This document shows positions 30,985 through 41,495 of a DNA stretch of 64,000 nucleotides, one piece after another. The notes under the pieces are model-generated. The model made no database searches, was not told the DNA's origin, and was given only the letters and a program-made list of their open reading frames with translations. Location: assembly GCF_055900595.2 (NCBI RefSeq), contig NZ_CM148325.1, one strand, 5' to 3'. Within the stretch, counting starts at the first letter, position 1; the number at the start of each line of letters is the position of its first letter. Position numbers and translations under genes: made by a program.

Positions 30985-32535
30985 ATGAAGAGATCGATTT
31001 CGTTTCGTCCTACATTGCTCGCGATCGTCCTTGCCACAACAATGCCGGTTGCGCACGCCGCCGTACCGAAAGATATGCTGGTGATCGGTAAAGCTGCCGA
31101 CCCACAAACCCTCGACCCGGCGGTAACAATTGATAATAACGACTGGACAGTGACCTACCCGTCTTATCAGCGACTGGTTCAGTACAAAACGGACGGTGAT
31201 AAAGGCTCAACAGACGTTGAAGGCGATCTGGCGAGTAGCTGGAAAGCGTCTGACGATCAAAAAGAGTGGACGTTCACCCTGAAGGACAATGCTAAATTTG
31301 CCGATGGCACACCCGTCACTGCCGAAGCAGTAAAACTCTCTTTTGAGCGGTTACTAAAAATCGGTCAGGGGCCAGCAGAAGCATTTCCCAAAGATTTAAA
31401 GATTGATGCTCCCGACGAACATACGGTGAGGTTTACCCTTAGCCAGCCATTCGCACCGTTCCTCTACACGCTGGCGAATGACGGTGCATCCATTATCAAT
31501 CCGGCGGTCTTAAAAGAACATGCGGCCGATGATGCCCGTGGTTTCCTCGCGCAAAATACCGCTGGCTCCGGACCGTTTATGCTGAAAAGCTGGCAAAAAG
31601 GTCAGCAATTAGTTCTGGTGCCAAATCCGCATTACCCCGGCAATAAACCGAACTTCAAACGGGTATCGGTAAAAATTATCGGTGAAAGTGCCTCCCGTCG
31701 CCTGCAGCTCTCCCGTGGCGACATTGATATTGCCGATGCGCTGCCGGTGGATCAACTCAACGCACTGAAGCAGGAAAACAAAGTCAAAGTGGCAGAGTAT
31801 CCGTCACTGCGCGTCACCTATCTGTATCTCAATAACAGCAAAGCGCCACTTAATCAGGCGGATCTGCGTCGGGCCATTTCCTGGTCTACCGATTATCAGG
31901 GTATGGTTAACGGCATTCTGAGTGGTAACGGAAAACAAATGCGCGGCCCGATTCCGGAAGGCATGTGGGGATACGATGCGACGGCAATGCAATACAACCA
32001 TGACGAAACGAAAGCCAAAGCCGAATGGGATAAAGTGACGAGCAAACCCACCAGCCTGACGTTTCTCTACTCCGATAACGACCCGAACTGGGAACCTATT
32101 GCTCTGGCAACACAATCCAGCCTCAACAAGCTGGGCATCAATGTGAAGCTGGAAAAGCTGGCGAACGCCACCATGCGCGACAGAGTAGGTAAAGGTGATT
32201 ACGACATCGCGATTGGCAACTGGAGTCCGGATTTTGCCGACCCGTATATGTTTATGAATTACTGGTTTGAGTCCGACAAAAAAGGTCTGCCGGGTAACCG
32301 CTCGTTCTATGAAAACAGTGAGGTCGATAAGCTACTGCGCAATGCGCTAGCGACCACCGACCAGACGCAGCGTACCCGGGACTACCAGCAGGCACAGAAA
32401 ATCGTCATTGATGACGCTGCTTATGTGTACCTGTTCCAGAAAAACTACCAACTGGCGATGAACAAAGAGGTGAAAGGCTTTGTGTTCAATCCCATGCTGG
32501 AACAGATCTTCAATATCAATACCATGAGTAAATAA
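30985..32535 (+). CDS. ddpA: Periplasmic D,D-dipeptide-binding protein
   Basis: ORF 30850-32535; start at ATG 30985 gives signal peptide MKRSISFRPTLLAIVLATTMPVAHA; family-5 solute-binding fold. Confidence 0.9.
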   Translation: MKRSISFRPTLLAIVLATTMPVAHAAVPKDMLVIGKAADPQTLDPAVTIDNNDWTVTYPSYQRLVQYKTDGDKGSTDVEGDLASSWKASDDQKEWTFTLKDNAKFADGTPVTAEAVKLSFERLLKIGQGPAEAFPKDLKIDAPDEHTVRFTLSQPFAPFLYTLANDGASIINPAVLKEHAADDARGFLAQNTAGSGPFMLKSWQKGQQLVLVPNPHYPGNKPNFKRVSVKIIGESASRRLQLSRGDIDIADALPVDQLNALKQENKVKVAEYPSLRVTYLYLNNSKAPLNQADLRRAISWSTDYQGMVNGILSGNGKQMRGPIPEGMWGYDATAMQYNHDETKAKAEWDKVTSKPTSLTFLYSDNDPNWEPIALATQSSLNKLGINVKLEKLANATMRDRVGKGDYDIAIGNWSPDFADPYMFMNYWFESDKKGLPGNRSFYENSEVDKLLRNALATTDQTQRTRDYQQAQKIVIDDAAYVYLFQKNYQLAMNKEVKGFVFNPMLEQIFNINTMSK

Positions 32536-32536
32536 C

Positions 32537-33559
32537 GTGACCTTCTGGAGTATTTTACGCCAACGCTGCTGGGGGCTGGTGCTCGTGGTGGCGGGCGTCT
32601 GTGTGATTACGTTTATTATCTCGCACCTGATCCCCGGCGACCCGGCGCGGTTACTGGCGGGTGACCGCGCCAGCGATGCTATCGTGGATAATATTCGCCA
32701 GCAACTGGGACTGGACCAGCCACTGTACGTACAGTTTTACCGCTACGTCAGCGACCTGTTTCAGGGTGACCTGGGAACATCCATTCGTACCGGGCGTCCG
32801 GTGCTGGAAGAGTTGCGCATATTTTTCCCGGCGACGCTGGAACTGGCATTTTGCGCTCTGCTGCTGGCACTCCTGGTTGGTATCCCGCTGGGCATACTCT
32901 CTGCAGTCTGGCGAAATCGCTGGCTGGATCATCTGGTGCGAATAATGGCCATTACCGGAATCTCCACACCTGCGTTCTGGCTTGGGCTGGGCGTCATTGT
33001 GCTGTTTTATGGTCATCTGCAAATTCTTCCCGGCGGCGGAAGGCTTGATGACTGGCTGGATCCACCAACGCACGTTACCGGCTTTTATCTGCTCGATGCG
33101 CTGCTTGAAGGCAACGGTGAAGTCTTCTTCAATGCGCTGCAACATCTCATCTTACCGGCATTAACGCTGGCGTTCGTTCACCTGGGGATTGTCGCTCGCC
33201 AGATCCGCTCAGCTATGCTGGAACAATTGAGTGAAGACTACATTCGTACCGCCCGGGCCAGCGGCTTGCCCGGCTGGTATATCGTTTTATGTTACGCGCT
33301 ACCCAATGCGTTGATCCCCTCGATTACCGTATTGGGGCTGGCGCTGGGCGATTTGTTGTATGGCGCAGTGCTCACCGAAACCGTTTTTGCCTGGCCTGGA
33401 ATGGGTGCATGGGTAGTAACATCAATACAGGCGCTCGACTTCCCGGCAGTGATGGGCTTTGCCGTCGTGGTTTCATTTGCTTATGTGCTGGTCAACCTGG
33501 TGGTGGATTTGCTCTATTTGTGGATTGATCCGCGTATCGGACGTGGAGGTGATGAATGA
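32537..33559 (+). CDS. ddpB: Dipeptide ABC transporter permease
   Basis: 340 aa ORF with GTG start 2 nt after the ddpA stop; polytopic membrane protein of the DppB/OppB type. Confidence 0.9.
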   Translation: MTFWSILRQRCWGLVLVVAGVCVITFIISHLIPGDPARLLAGDRASDAIVDNIRQQLGLDQPLYVQFYRYVSDLFQGDLGTSIRTGRPVLEELRIFFPATLELAFCALLLALLVGIPLGILSAVWRNRWLDHLVRIMAITGISTPAFWLGLGVIVLFYGHLQILPGGGRLDDWLDPPTHVTGFYLLDALLEGNGEVFFNALQHLILPALTLAFVHLGIVARQIRSAMLEQLSEDYIRTARASGLPGWYIVLCYALPNALIPSITVLGLALGDLLYGAVLTETVFAWPGMGAWVVTSIQALDFPAVMGFAVVVSFAYVLVNLVVDLLYLWIDPRIGRGGDE

Positions 33560-34452
33560 TGCTAAGCGAGGAAACGTCCGTCGTACGCCCACCAAAACAA
33601 ACGCGATTTAACGGTGCAAAACTGGTATGGATGCTGAAAGGCAGTCCGCTCACCGTGACCGGCGCAGTCATCATTGTATTAATGCTACTGATGATGATTT
33701 TTTCACCGTGGCTGGCGACGCATGATCCCAACGCCATTGATTTAACTGCCCGCCTTTTGCCGCCTTCTGCGGCGCACTGGTTTGGCACCGATGAAGTGGG
33801 ACGCGATCTGTTTAGCCGCGTACTGGTCGGCAGTCAGCAATCAATTCTCGCCGGATTAGTGGTGGTCGCCATTGCGGGTATGATGGGTTCGCTACTCGGG
33901 TGTCTATCCGGTGTGCTTGGCGGCCGCGCAGACGCGATCATCATGCGCATCATGGACATTATGCTGTCGATTCCTTCGCTGGTGCTGACAATGGCGCTGG
34001 CTGCCGCACTTGGACCGAGTTTGTTTAACGCCATGCTGGCGATTGCTATCGTGCGTATCCCGTTTTATGTGCGCCTGGCGCGGGGGCAAACATTAGTTGT
34101 TCGCCAGTACACTTACGTTCAGGCGGCGAAAACCTTTGGTGCGTCGCGTTGGCATCTGATCAACTGGCATATTTTACGTAACTCCCTGCCGCCGCTGATT
34201 GTGCAGGCATCGCTGGATATTGGTAGCGCGATTTTAATGGCCGCCACGTTGGGATTTATTGGCCTGGGTGCTCAACAACCGAGTGCTGAATGGGGGGCGA
34301 TGGTGGCGAATGGCCGCAACTATGTGCTCGATCAATGGTGGTATTGCGCATTTCCGGGGGCAGCGATTTTGCTTACCGCCGTCGGGTTCAATCTCTTTGG
34401 TGATGGTATTCGCGATCTGCTTGACCCGAAAGCAGGAGGAAAGCAGTCATGA
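33556..34452 (+). CDS. ddpC: Dipeptide ABC transporter permease
   Basis: 298 aa ORF overlapping the ddpB stop by 4 nt; DppC/OppC-type membrane protein. Confidence 0.9.
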   Translation: MMLSEETSVVRPPKQTRFNGAKLVWMLKGSPLTVTGAVIIVLMLLMMIFSPWLATHDPNAIDLTARLLPPSAAHWFGTDEVGRDLFSRVLVGSQQSILAGLVVVAIAGMMGSLLGCLSGVLGGRADAIIMRIMDIMLSIPSLVLTMALAAALGPSLFNAMLAIAIVRIPFYVRLARGQTLVVRQYTYVQAAKTFGASRWHLINWHILRNSLPPLIVQASLDIGSAILMAATLGFIGLGAQQPSAEWGAMVANGRNYVLDQWWYCAFPGAAILLTAVGFNLFGDGIRDLLDPKAGGKQS

Positions 34453-35435
34453 CCCAACCCGTTCTGGACATTCAACAGCTGCATTTGAGTTTCTCCGGTT
34501 TTAACGGCGACGTTCACGCGCTCAACAATGTGTCATTGAAAATCAACCGCGGTGAAATTGTCGGTCTGGTGGGAGAATCCGGCTCGGGTAAATCAGTCAC
34601 TGCAATGTTGATTATGCGTCTGTTACCGACGGGTAGTTATTGCGTACATCGGGGACATATTTCACTGCTGGGAGAAGATGCTCTTAACGCTCGGGAAAAA
34701 CAGCTTCGTCAGTGGCGCGGCGCACGAGTGGCGATGATCTTTCAGGAACCGATGACCGCCCTAAATCCGACACGTCGAATAGGTCTTCAGATGATGGACG
34801 TGATCCGCCATCATCAACCAATAAGTCGTAGGGAAGCCAGAGCTAAAGCGATTGCCCTGCTGGAAGAGATGCAAATCCCGGATGCCGTGGAAGTTATGTC
34901 GCGCTATCCGTTTGAGCTTTCAGGTGGTATGCGCCAGCGGGTAATGATTGCGCTGGCATTCTCCTGCGAGCCGCAATTGATTATTGCCGACGAACCGACT
35001 ACGGCGCTGGACGTCACGGTACAGTTGCAGGTACTGCGTCTGCTTAAACATAAAGCCCGCGCCAGTGGAACTGCGGTACTGTTCATCAGCCATGATATGG
35101 CCGTGGTGTCGCAACTGTGCGATAGCGTTTACGTGATGTATGCCGGAAGCGTGATCGAGAGCGGCATGACGGCAGACGTTATCCATCATCCCCAGCATCC
35201 GTATACCATTGGTTTGCTGCAATGCGCACCGGAACATGGAATACCACGCCAGCCATTACCCGCCATTCCAGGGACGGTACCAAACCTCACCCATTTGCCT
35301 GACGGCTGCGCTTTTCGCGATCGTTGCTATGCGGCAGGTACACAGTGTGAAAACGTCCCGGCGCTGACAGCGTGTGGTGACAACAACCACCGCTGCGCCT
35401 GTTGGTATCCTCAGCAGGAGGTCATTAGTGTCTGA
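34449..35435 (+). CDS. ddpD: Dipeptide ABC transporter ATPase
   Basis: 328 aa ORF; Walker A GESGSGKS and signature LSGGMRQR; overlaps ddpC by 4 nt. Confidence 0.9.
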   Translation: MTQPVLDIQQLHLSFSGFNGDVHALNNVSLKINRGEIVGLVGESGSGKSVTAMLIMRLLPTGSYCVHRGHISLLGEDALNAREKQLRQWRGARVAMIFQEPMTALNPTRRIGLQMMDVIRHHQPISRREARAKAIALLEEMQIPDAVEVMSRYPFELSGGMRQRVMIALAFSCEPQLIIADEPTTALDVTVQLQVLRLLKHKARASGTAVLFISHDMAVVSQLCDSVYVMYAGSVIESGMTADVIHHPQHPYTIGLLQCAPEHGIPRQPLPAIPGTVPNLTHLPDGCAFRDRCYAAGTQCENVPALTACGDNNHRCACWYPQQEVISV

Positions 35436-36354
35436 CACGTTATTAACGTTACGCGACGTCCATATCAATTTCCCGGCCCGAAAAAACTGGCTTGGTAAAA
35501 CTACGGAACATGTTCATGCCATCAATGGTATTGATTTACAGATCCGTCGTGGTGAAACCTTAGGGATCGTCGGTGAGTCAGGCTGCGGCAAAAGCACCCT
35601 CGCACAGCTTTTAATGGGTATGCTGCAACCGAGCCACGGGCAGTACATCCGTTCAGGATCACAACGCATTATGCAGATGGTGTTTCAGGACCCGCTCTCT
35701 TCGCTTAATCCGCGCTTACCGGTGTGGCGCATCATCACGGAACCGCTCTGGATTGCTAAGCGTAGTAGTGAACAACAGCGGCGAGCGTTGGCAGAGGAGC
35801 TGGCTGTGCAGGTGGGTATTCGTCCGGAGTATCTCGACCGCTTGCCTCATGCGTTCTCAGGCGGGCAGCGGCAACGTATCGCCATTGCCAGAGCACTCTC
35901 TTCGCAGCCTGACGTGATTGTGCTTGATGAACCCACCTCGGCGCTGGATATCTCCGTCCAGGCGCAGATCCTCAATTTACTGGTAACGCTACAGGAAAAT
36001 CGCGGGCTGACTTATGTGCTGATTTCACACAATGTCTCGGTGATTCGTCATATGAGCGATCGGGTAGCGGTGATGTATCTCGGACAGATTGTGGAACTGG
36101 GCGACGCGCAGCAGGTGCTCTCTACTCCGGCACATCCATACACCCGATTATTGCTGGATTCCCTGCCCGCCATTGATAAACCGCTGGAGGAAGAATGGGC
36201 ATTGCGTAAAACGGAACTACCAGGAAACCGCACGTTGCCGCCGGGCTGTTTTTTCCGCGAACGTTGCCCCCTGGCAACCAGCGGATGTGAAGTTCGGCAA
36301 TCATTCACGACGCGGGAGGACGGACGTGAGATCAGGTGCTGGCGGGCGCTGTAG
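35428..36354 (+). CDS. ddpF: Dipeptide ABC transporter ATPase
   Basis: ORF 35374-36354; start placed at GTG 35428 (VSDTLLTLRDV…), overlapping the ddpD stop; Walker A GESGCGKST and signature FSGGQRQR. Confidence 0.85.
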   Translation: MSDTLLTLRDVHINFPARKNWLGKTTEHVHAINGIDLQIRRGETLGIVGESGCGKSTLAQLLMGMLQPSHGQYIRSGSQRIMQMVFQDPLSSLNPRLPVWRIITEPLWIAKRSSEQQRRALAEELAVQVGIRPEYLDRLPHAFSGGQRQRIAIARALSSQPDVIVLDEPTSALDISVQAQILNLLVTLQENRGLTYVLISHNVSVIRHMSDRVAVMYLGQIVELGDAQQVLSTPAHPYTRLLLDSLPAIDKPLEEEWALRKTELPGNRTLPPGCFFRERCPLATSGCEVRQSFTTREDGREIRCWRAL

Positions 36355-36368
36355 AGACGCTAACAACG

Positions 36369-36405
36369 CATCAGGCAATCACGCGCCTGACGCGTCATCC
36401 GGCAA
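36369..36405. repeat. REP-like palindromic element between convergent ddpF and osmC
   Basis: GCATCAGGCAATCACGCGCCTGACGCGTCATCCGGCA resembles the E. coli REP family (GCCKGATGCG…TTATCMGGC) and has an internal TGACGCGTCA palindrome. Confidence 0.4.
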
Positions 36406-36409
36406 CGCT

Positions 36410-36841
36410 TTACGATTTCAACTGGTAATCAAGCGTAATTTCAGCTTTCAGTACCTGAGAAACCGGGCATCCTGCTTTTGCTTTCTGGATAATGCCGTCA
36501 AAAGTAGAGGCATCAATACCCGGCACCGCAACTTCGCTCTTCAGTGCGATTTTAGTAATCGCAAACCCGGCATCCACTTTATCCAGCGAGACATCGGCGG
36601 TGGTATCAATCGATGTGGGCGTGAATCCTGCTTCCCCCAGCATTAATGAAAGCGCCATTGAGAAACATGCTGCATGCGCCGCGCCAATCAGTTCTTCAGG
36701 GTTAGTTCCTTTTTCGCCTTCAAAACGCGTATTAAATCCATACGGCTGTTGGTTCAGCACGCCGCTCTCGGTGGATACGGTTCCCTTCCCGCGTTTGATA
36801 TCGCCTTCCCAGTGTGCCTGACCTTTCTTATGGATTGTCAT
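36410..36841 (-). CDS. osmC: Osmotically inducible peroxiredoxin OsmC
   Basis: 143 aa ORF MTIHKKGQAHWEGDIKRGKGTVSTESGV…, recognised as OsmC. Confidence 0.95.
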   Translation of the reverse strand: MTIHKKGQAHWEGDIKRGKGTVSTESGVLNQQPYGFNTRFEGEKGTNPEELIGAAHAACFSMALSLMLGEAGFTPTSIDTTADVSLDKVDAGFAITKIALKSEVAVPGIDASTFDGIIQKAKAGCPVSQVLKAEITLDYQLKS

Positions 36842-37185
36842 TGTTGCTCTCCTGTGGGCTTAAAAAGGAAATTATAGACTACGTGAGAAACAGCACGAGG
36901 ATAAGCAGGATATTCCGAATAGAATCCGGCGAAAATATTATCTATGTACTTAAATAAAATTCCCACAATAGATAACCGGGAATATATAACTCAAGAGATA
37001 TTGCATCAATATTAATCGGATCATACCAATCACAATCCCTATGAATATCATGAAGTTAAAATATAAAAATCATCAACCAGGACTAATCTTAACAACGAAG
37101 CGGCAAATATTTGCCATGCTGAATGTGCTTTATAAATCTGCGATCCGTAGCAGACACCATAAATACACAGACACGGAGAATCACT

Positions 37186-37401
37186 ATGTTTACTTATTAT
37201 CAGGCAGAAAATTCAACAGCAGAACCCGCTCTGGTTAATGCCATTGAGCAAGGCCTTCGGGCAGAACACGGTGTTGTCACTGAAGATGACATTCTCATGG
37301 AGCTGACCAAATGGGTGGAAGCTTCTGATAACGACATCCTCAGTGATATCTACCAGCAAACGATCAATTATGTGGTCAGTGGCCAGCACCCTACGCTTTA
37401 A
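37186..37401 (+). CDS. bdm: Biofilm-dependent modulation protein
   Basis: ORF 37123-37401; start at ATG 37186 gives the 71 aa protein MFTYYQAENSTAEPALVNAIEQ…. Confidence 0.85.
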   Translation: MFTYYQAENSTAEPALVNAIEQGLRAEHGVVTEDDILMELTKWVEASDNDILSDIYQQTINYVVSGQHPTL

Positions 37402-37502
37402 GGTGCTATGCTTGATCGGCAACCTAATTTAGGGGTTTAGCACGTGTTTCTTCGCTACGGCGATGTTGTCCTTAAAACTAGCAACAGGATTGAGGAGTTA
37501 AA

Positions 37503-37640
37503 ATGAAATCGAACCGTCAGGCACGTCATATTCTTGGACTGGACCATAAAATTTCTAACCAGCGCAAAATAGTTACCGAAGGTGATAAATCCAGCGTGGT
37601 AAATAACCCAACCGGCAGAAAACGCCCCGCTGAAAAGTAA
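37503..37640 (+). CDS. sra: Stationary-phase ribosome-associated protein Sra
   Basis: 45 aa [48 protein letters not shown], below the ORF-track length cut-off; found by reading the sequence. Confidence 0.85.
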
Positions 37641-37670
37641 TCTTTAACAATCAGTCCTCAATGACGATTA

Positions 37671-37702
37671 AACACCATTGCCTGCGCAATGGTGTTTTTG
37701 TT
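37671..37702 (+). terminator. Rho-independent terminator after sra
   Basis: AACACCATTG-cctgcg-CAATGGTGTT followed by TTTTGTTTTT. Confidence 0.7.
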
Positions 37703-37796
37703 TTTAACTGCTTTATACTTGGAGCCGACGCCCTGGCGGTAAAGCAAAGACGATAAAAGCACCCCAGGGATGGATATTCAAAAAAGAGTGAGTGAC

Positions 37797-39494
37797 ATGG
37801 AACCAAAAACAAAAAAACAGCGTTCGCTTTATATTCCTTACGCTGGCCCTGTACTGCTGGAATTTCCCTTGTTGAATAAAGGCAGCGCCTTCAGCATGGA
37901 AGAACGCCGTAACTTCAACCTGCTGGGGTTACTGCCGGAAGTGGTCGAAACCATCGAAGAACAAGCGGAACGCGCATGGATCCAGTATCAGGGATTCAAA
38001 ACCGAAATCGACAAGCACATCTACCTGCGTAACATCCAGGACACTAACGAAACCCTCTTCTACCGTCTGGTAAACAATCATCTTGATGAGATGATGCCTG
38101 TTATTTATACCCCAACCGTCGGCGCAGCCTGTGAGCGTTTTTCTGAGATCTACCGCCGTTCACGCGGCGTGTTTATCTCTTACCAGAACCGCCACAATAT
38201 GGACGATATTCTGCAAAACGTACCGAACCATAATATTAAAGTGATTGTGGTGACGGACGGCGAACGTATTCTGGGGCTTGGTGACCAGGGCATCGGTGGG
38301 ATGGGTATTCCGATCGGTAAACTGTCGCTCTATACCGCCTGCGGTGGCATAAGCCCGGCGTATACACTGCCGGTGGTGCTGGATGTCGGGACGAACAACC
38401 AGCAGTTGCTTAACGATCCGCTGTATATGGGCTGGCGTAATCCACGTATCACTGACGACGAATACTATGAATTCGTGGATGAATTTATCCAGGCTGTGAA
38501 ACAACGCTGGCCGGACGTGCTGTTGCAGTTTGAAGACTTCGCACAAAAAAATGCGATGCCGTTGCTTAACCGCTATCGCAATGAAATTTGTTCTTTTAAC
38601 GATGATATTCAGGGCACCGCGGCGGTAACAGTCGGCACACTGATCGCAGCCAGCCGTGCGGCGGGCGGTCAGTTAAGCGAGAAAAAAATCGTCTTCCTCG
38701 GCGCAGGTTCAGCAGGATGCGGCATTGCGGAGATGATCATCGCCCAGACCCAGCGTGAAGGATTAAGCGAAGAAGCGGCGCGGCAGAAAGTCTTTATGGT
38801 CGATCGCTTTGGTCTGCTCACCGACAAGATGCCGAATCTGCTGCCTTTTCAGACCAAACTGGTGCAGAAGCGCGAAAATCTCAGTGACTGGGATACTGAC
38901 AGCGATGTGCTGTCATTGCTTGATGTGGTGCGCAATGTCAAACCGGATATTCTGATTGGCGTCTCAGGACAGACCGGGCTGTTTACGGAAGAGATCATCC
39001 GTGAGATGCATAAATACTGTCCGCGTCCGATCGTGATGCCGCTGTCTAACCCGACTTCACGCGTGGAAGCCACACCTCAGGACATTATCGCCTGGACTGA
39101 AGGTAACGCGCTGGTCGCCACCGGCAGTCCGTTTAATCCGGTGGTATGGAAAGATAAAATCTACCCTATCGCGCAATGCAACAACGCTTTTATCTTCCCG
39201 GGCATTGGGCTGGGCGTTATTGCTTCCGGCGCGTCACGTATCACCGATGAGATGCTGATGTCAGCAAGCGAAACACTTGCTCAGTATTCGCCGCTGGTCC
39301 TGAACGGCGAAGGTCTGGTATTACCGGAACTGAAAGATATTCAGAAAGTCTCCCGCGCAATTGCGTTTGCGGTTGGCAAAATGGCGCAGCAGCAAGGTGT
39401 GGCGGTGAAAACGTCTGCCGAAGCTCTGCAACAGGCCATTGATGATAACTTCTGGCAAGCCGAATACCGCGACTACCGCCGTACATCCATCTAA
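37797..39494 (+). CDS. maeA: NAD-dependent malic enzyme
   Basis: ORF 37770-39494; start at ATG 37797 ([23 protein letters not shown]…); Rossmann motif [10 protein letters not shown]. Confidence 0.95.
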   Translation: MEPKTKKQRSLYIPYAGPVLLEFPLLNKGSAFSMEERRNFNLLGLLPEVVETIEEQAERAWIQYQGFKTEIDKHIYLRNIQDTNETLFYRLVNNHLDEMMPVIYTPTVGAACERFSEIYRRSRGVFISYQNRHNMDDILQNVPNHNIKVIVVTDGERILGLGDQGIGGMGIPIGKLSLYTACGGISPAYTLPVVLDVGTNNQQLLNDPLYMGWRNPRITDDEYYEFVDEFIQAVKQRWPDVLLQFEDFAQKNAMPLLNRYRNEICSFNDDIQGTAAVTVGTLIAASRAAGGQLSEKKIVFLGAGSAGCGIAEMIIAQTQREGLSEEAARQKVFMVDRFGLLTDKMPNLLPFQTKLVQKRENLSDWDTDSDVLSLLDVVRNVKPDILIGVSGQTGLFTEEIIREMHKYCPRPIVMPLSNPTSRVEATPQDIIAWTEGNALVATGSPFNPVVWKDKIYPIAQCNNAFIFPGIGLGVIASGASRITDEMLMSASETLAQYSPLVLNGEGLVLPELKDIQKVSRAIAFAVGKMAQQQGVAVKTSAEALQQAIDDNFWQAEYRDYRRTSI

Positions 39495-39501
39495 GCCAGC
39501 G

Positions 39502-39535
39502 CCCGGTAGTGACTGCTACCGGGCAATTTTCCTCT
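39502..39535 (+). terminator. Rho-independent terminator after maeA
   Basis: CCCGGTAG-tgactg-CTACCGGG followed by a T-rich tract. Confidence 0.6.
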
Positions 39536-39628
39536 TCCTTTTTCAGATCTCATCCATACTGGGTAGTGGCGAATAAATCTCATTTGCCTCACCTGCTATG
39601 CAGAACATCATCCGAAAAGGAGGAAACT

Positions 39629-40639
39629 ATGAAGGCTGCAGTTGTTACGAAGGATCATCATGTTGACGTTACGGATAAAACACTGCGCTCACTGAAACAT
39701 GGCGAAGCCCTGCTGAAAATGGAGTGTTGTGGCGTATGTCATACCGATCTTCATGTTAAGAATGGCGATTTTGGTGATAAAACCGGCGTAATTCTGGGAC
39801 ACGAAGGTATTGGTGTGGTGGCAGAAGTTGGCCCTGGTGTAACTTCATTAAAACCAGGCGATCGTGCCAGTGTGGCGTGGTTTTACGAAGGTTGCGGTCA
39901 TTGCGAATACTGTAACAGCGGCAACGAAACGCTGTGCCGTTCAGTAAAAAATGCCGGATACAGCGTTGATGGCGGTATGGCGGAAGAGTGCATCGTGGTC
40001 GCCGATTACGCAGTTAAAGTGCCGGATGGCCTGGACTCCGCGGCGGCTAGCAGCATTACCTGCGCGGGTGTCACCACCTACAAAGCAGTAAAACTGTCAA
40101 AAATTCGTCCAGGACAGTGGATTGCTATCTACGGTCTTGGCGGTCTGGGCAACCTCGCCCTGCAATATGCGAAAAATGTCTTTAATGCCAAAGTGATCGC
40201 CATTGATGTCAATGATGAGCAGTTGAAACTGGCAACCGAAATGGGTGCAGATTTAGCGATTAACTCACGCACCGAAGACGCCGCCAAAATTGTGCAGGAG
40301 AAAACTGGTGGCGCTCACGCTGCGGTGGTAACAGCGGTAGCTAAAGCTGCGTTTAACTCGGCAGTTGATGCTGTCCGTGCTGGCGGTCGTGTTGTGGCAG
40401 TCGGTCTGCCGCCGGAGTCTATGAGCCTGGATATCCCACGGCTGGTGCTGGATGGTATTGAAGTGGTCGGTTCGCTGGTTGGCACGCGCCAGGATCTCAC
40501 CGAAGCCTTCCAGTTTGCCGCCGAAGGCAAAGTGGTGCCGAAAGTCGCCCTGCGTCCGTTAGCGGACATCAACACCATCTTTACTGAGATGGAAGAAGGC
40601 AAAATCCGTGGCCGTATGGTGATTGATTTCCGCCGCTAA
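39629..40639 (+). CDS. adhP: Zinc-dependent alcohol dehydrogenase, propanol-preferring
   Basis: ORF 39509-40639; start at ATG 39629 after AAGGAGG ([17 protein letters not shown]…); GHEGIG zinc motif and GLGGLGNLA Rossmann motif. Confidence 0.95.
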   Translation: MKAAVVTKDHHVDVTDKTLRSLKHGEALLKMECCGVCHTDLHVKNGDFGDKTGVILGHEGIGVVAEVGPGVTSLKPGDRASVAWFYEGCGHCEYCNSGNETLCRSVKNAGYSVDGGMAEECIVVADYAVKVPDGLDSAAASSITCAGVTTYKAVKLSKIRPGQWIAIYGLGGLGNLALQYAKNVFNAKVIAIDVNDEQLKLATEMGADLAINSRTEDAAKIVQEKTGGAHAAVVTAVAKAAFNSAVDAVRAGGRVVAVGLPPESMSLDIPRLVLDGIEVVGSLVGTRQDLTEAFQFAAEGKVVPKVALRPLADINTIFTEMEEGKIRGRMVIDFRR

Positions 40640-40648
40640 GAGGCCTTT

Positions 40649-40684
40649 GCTGCGACTGCCATGTTCGGGTCGCAGCCTGTTTTG
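40649..40684 (+). terminator. Rho-independent terminator after adhP
   Basis: GCTGCGAC-12 nt loop-GTCGCAGC followed by CTGTTTTG. Confidence 0.55.
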
Positions 40685-40824
40685 CGAGACGCTTTCCGCA
40701 ATTTCACTCTTCTTCTTTTCCTCCCCCATCTTTCCCCTCACAATTCGCGAAAACGTAGCGAAATTTGTTGCGCTGCACGGAACAATAGTGATAGTGTTCC
40801 TTTCGAGGGAACAAGGATGAAGAG

Positions 40825-41103
40825 ATGATAATGAATTTCAGACACAAGGGATTGCGTGACTTGTTTCTTCTCGGCAAAACCTCCGGCGTTATACCGACGC
40901 AAATCAAACGATTACGCCACCGACTCGCTGTGATTGATGCAGCAAGCTGTCTTGCTGATCTCGATATGCCCGGTTACCGACTACACCCGTTAAGCGGCGA
41001 TCGTGATGGAATTTGGGCGATATCTGTCTCGGGCAACTGGCGAATCACATTTGAATTCGTCAATGGCGATGCATACATACTGGATTACGAGGACTATCAC
41101 TGA
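40825..41103 (+). CDS. HigB-like toxin (RelE/ParE superfamily), type II toxin-antitoxin
   Basis: 92 aa [43 protein letters not shown]…[21 protein letters not shown]…DYEDYH matches HigB family hallmarks as I recall them; its stop overlaps the next gene's start (ATGA). Confidence 0.75.
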
Positions 41104-41387
41104 TGAAAATGGCCAATCATCCCCGCCCGGGGGACATTATTCAGGAATCACTGGACGAGCTGAACGTCAGCCTGCGCGAGTTTGCCAGAGCAATGGAAAT
41201 TGCGCCCTCAACGGCAAGCCGATTGCTGACCGGAAAAGCCGCGTTGACGCCAGAAATGGCGATTAAACTTTCCGTGGTGATCGGCAGTTCGCCGCAAATG
41301 TGGCTGAATCTACAAAACGCCTGGAGTCTGGCAGAGGCAGAAAAAACGGTAGATGTGTCGCGACTACGCCGTCTGGTTACGCAATAA
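41103..41387 (+). CDS. yddM: HigA-like antitoxin, XRE-family helix-turn-helix regulator
   Basis: 94 aa ORF with helix-turn-helix (…[40 protein letters not shown]…); toxin-first arrangement typical of higBA. Confidence 0.8.
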
Positions 41388-41395
41388 ATAAATAT

Positions 41396-41419
41396 CCTCC
41401 GGCATAGCCGGAGGTTTTT
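41396..41419 (+). terminator. Hairpin with T-run after yddM; terminator or IS200 end structure
   Basis: CCTCCGG-catagc-CCGGAGG followed by TTTTT. Confidence 0.5.
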
Positions 41420-41495
41420 CAAATGCGCCTGTAAGGCTCTGTTACCAGCCGCGCCCTAACAGGCGCATACGATCTGACATTTGCATTCAACTTCG

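Noticed and set aside
32651-33164. Several ORFs of 60-164 aa on both strands inside ddpB
   Set aside because: All overlap a polytopic permease gene in alternative frames; GC-rich shadow ORFs.
36089-36646. 185 aa plus-strand ORF spanning the ddpF 3' end, the REP-like element and the osmC antisense strand
   Set aside because: Crosses an intergenic palindrome and runs antisense to osmC; cannot be a real gene alongside both neighbours.
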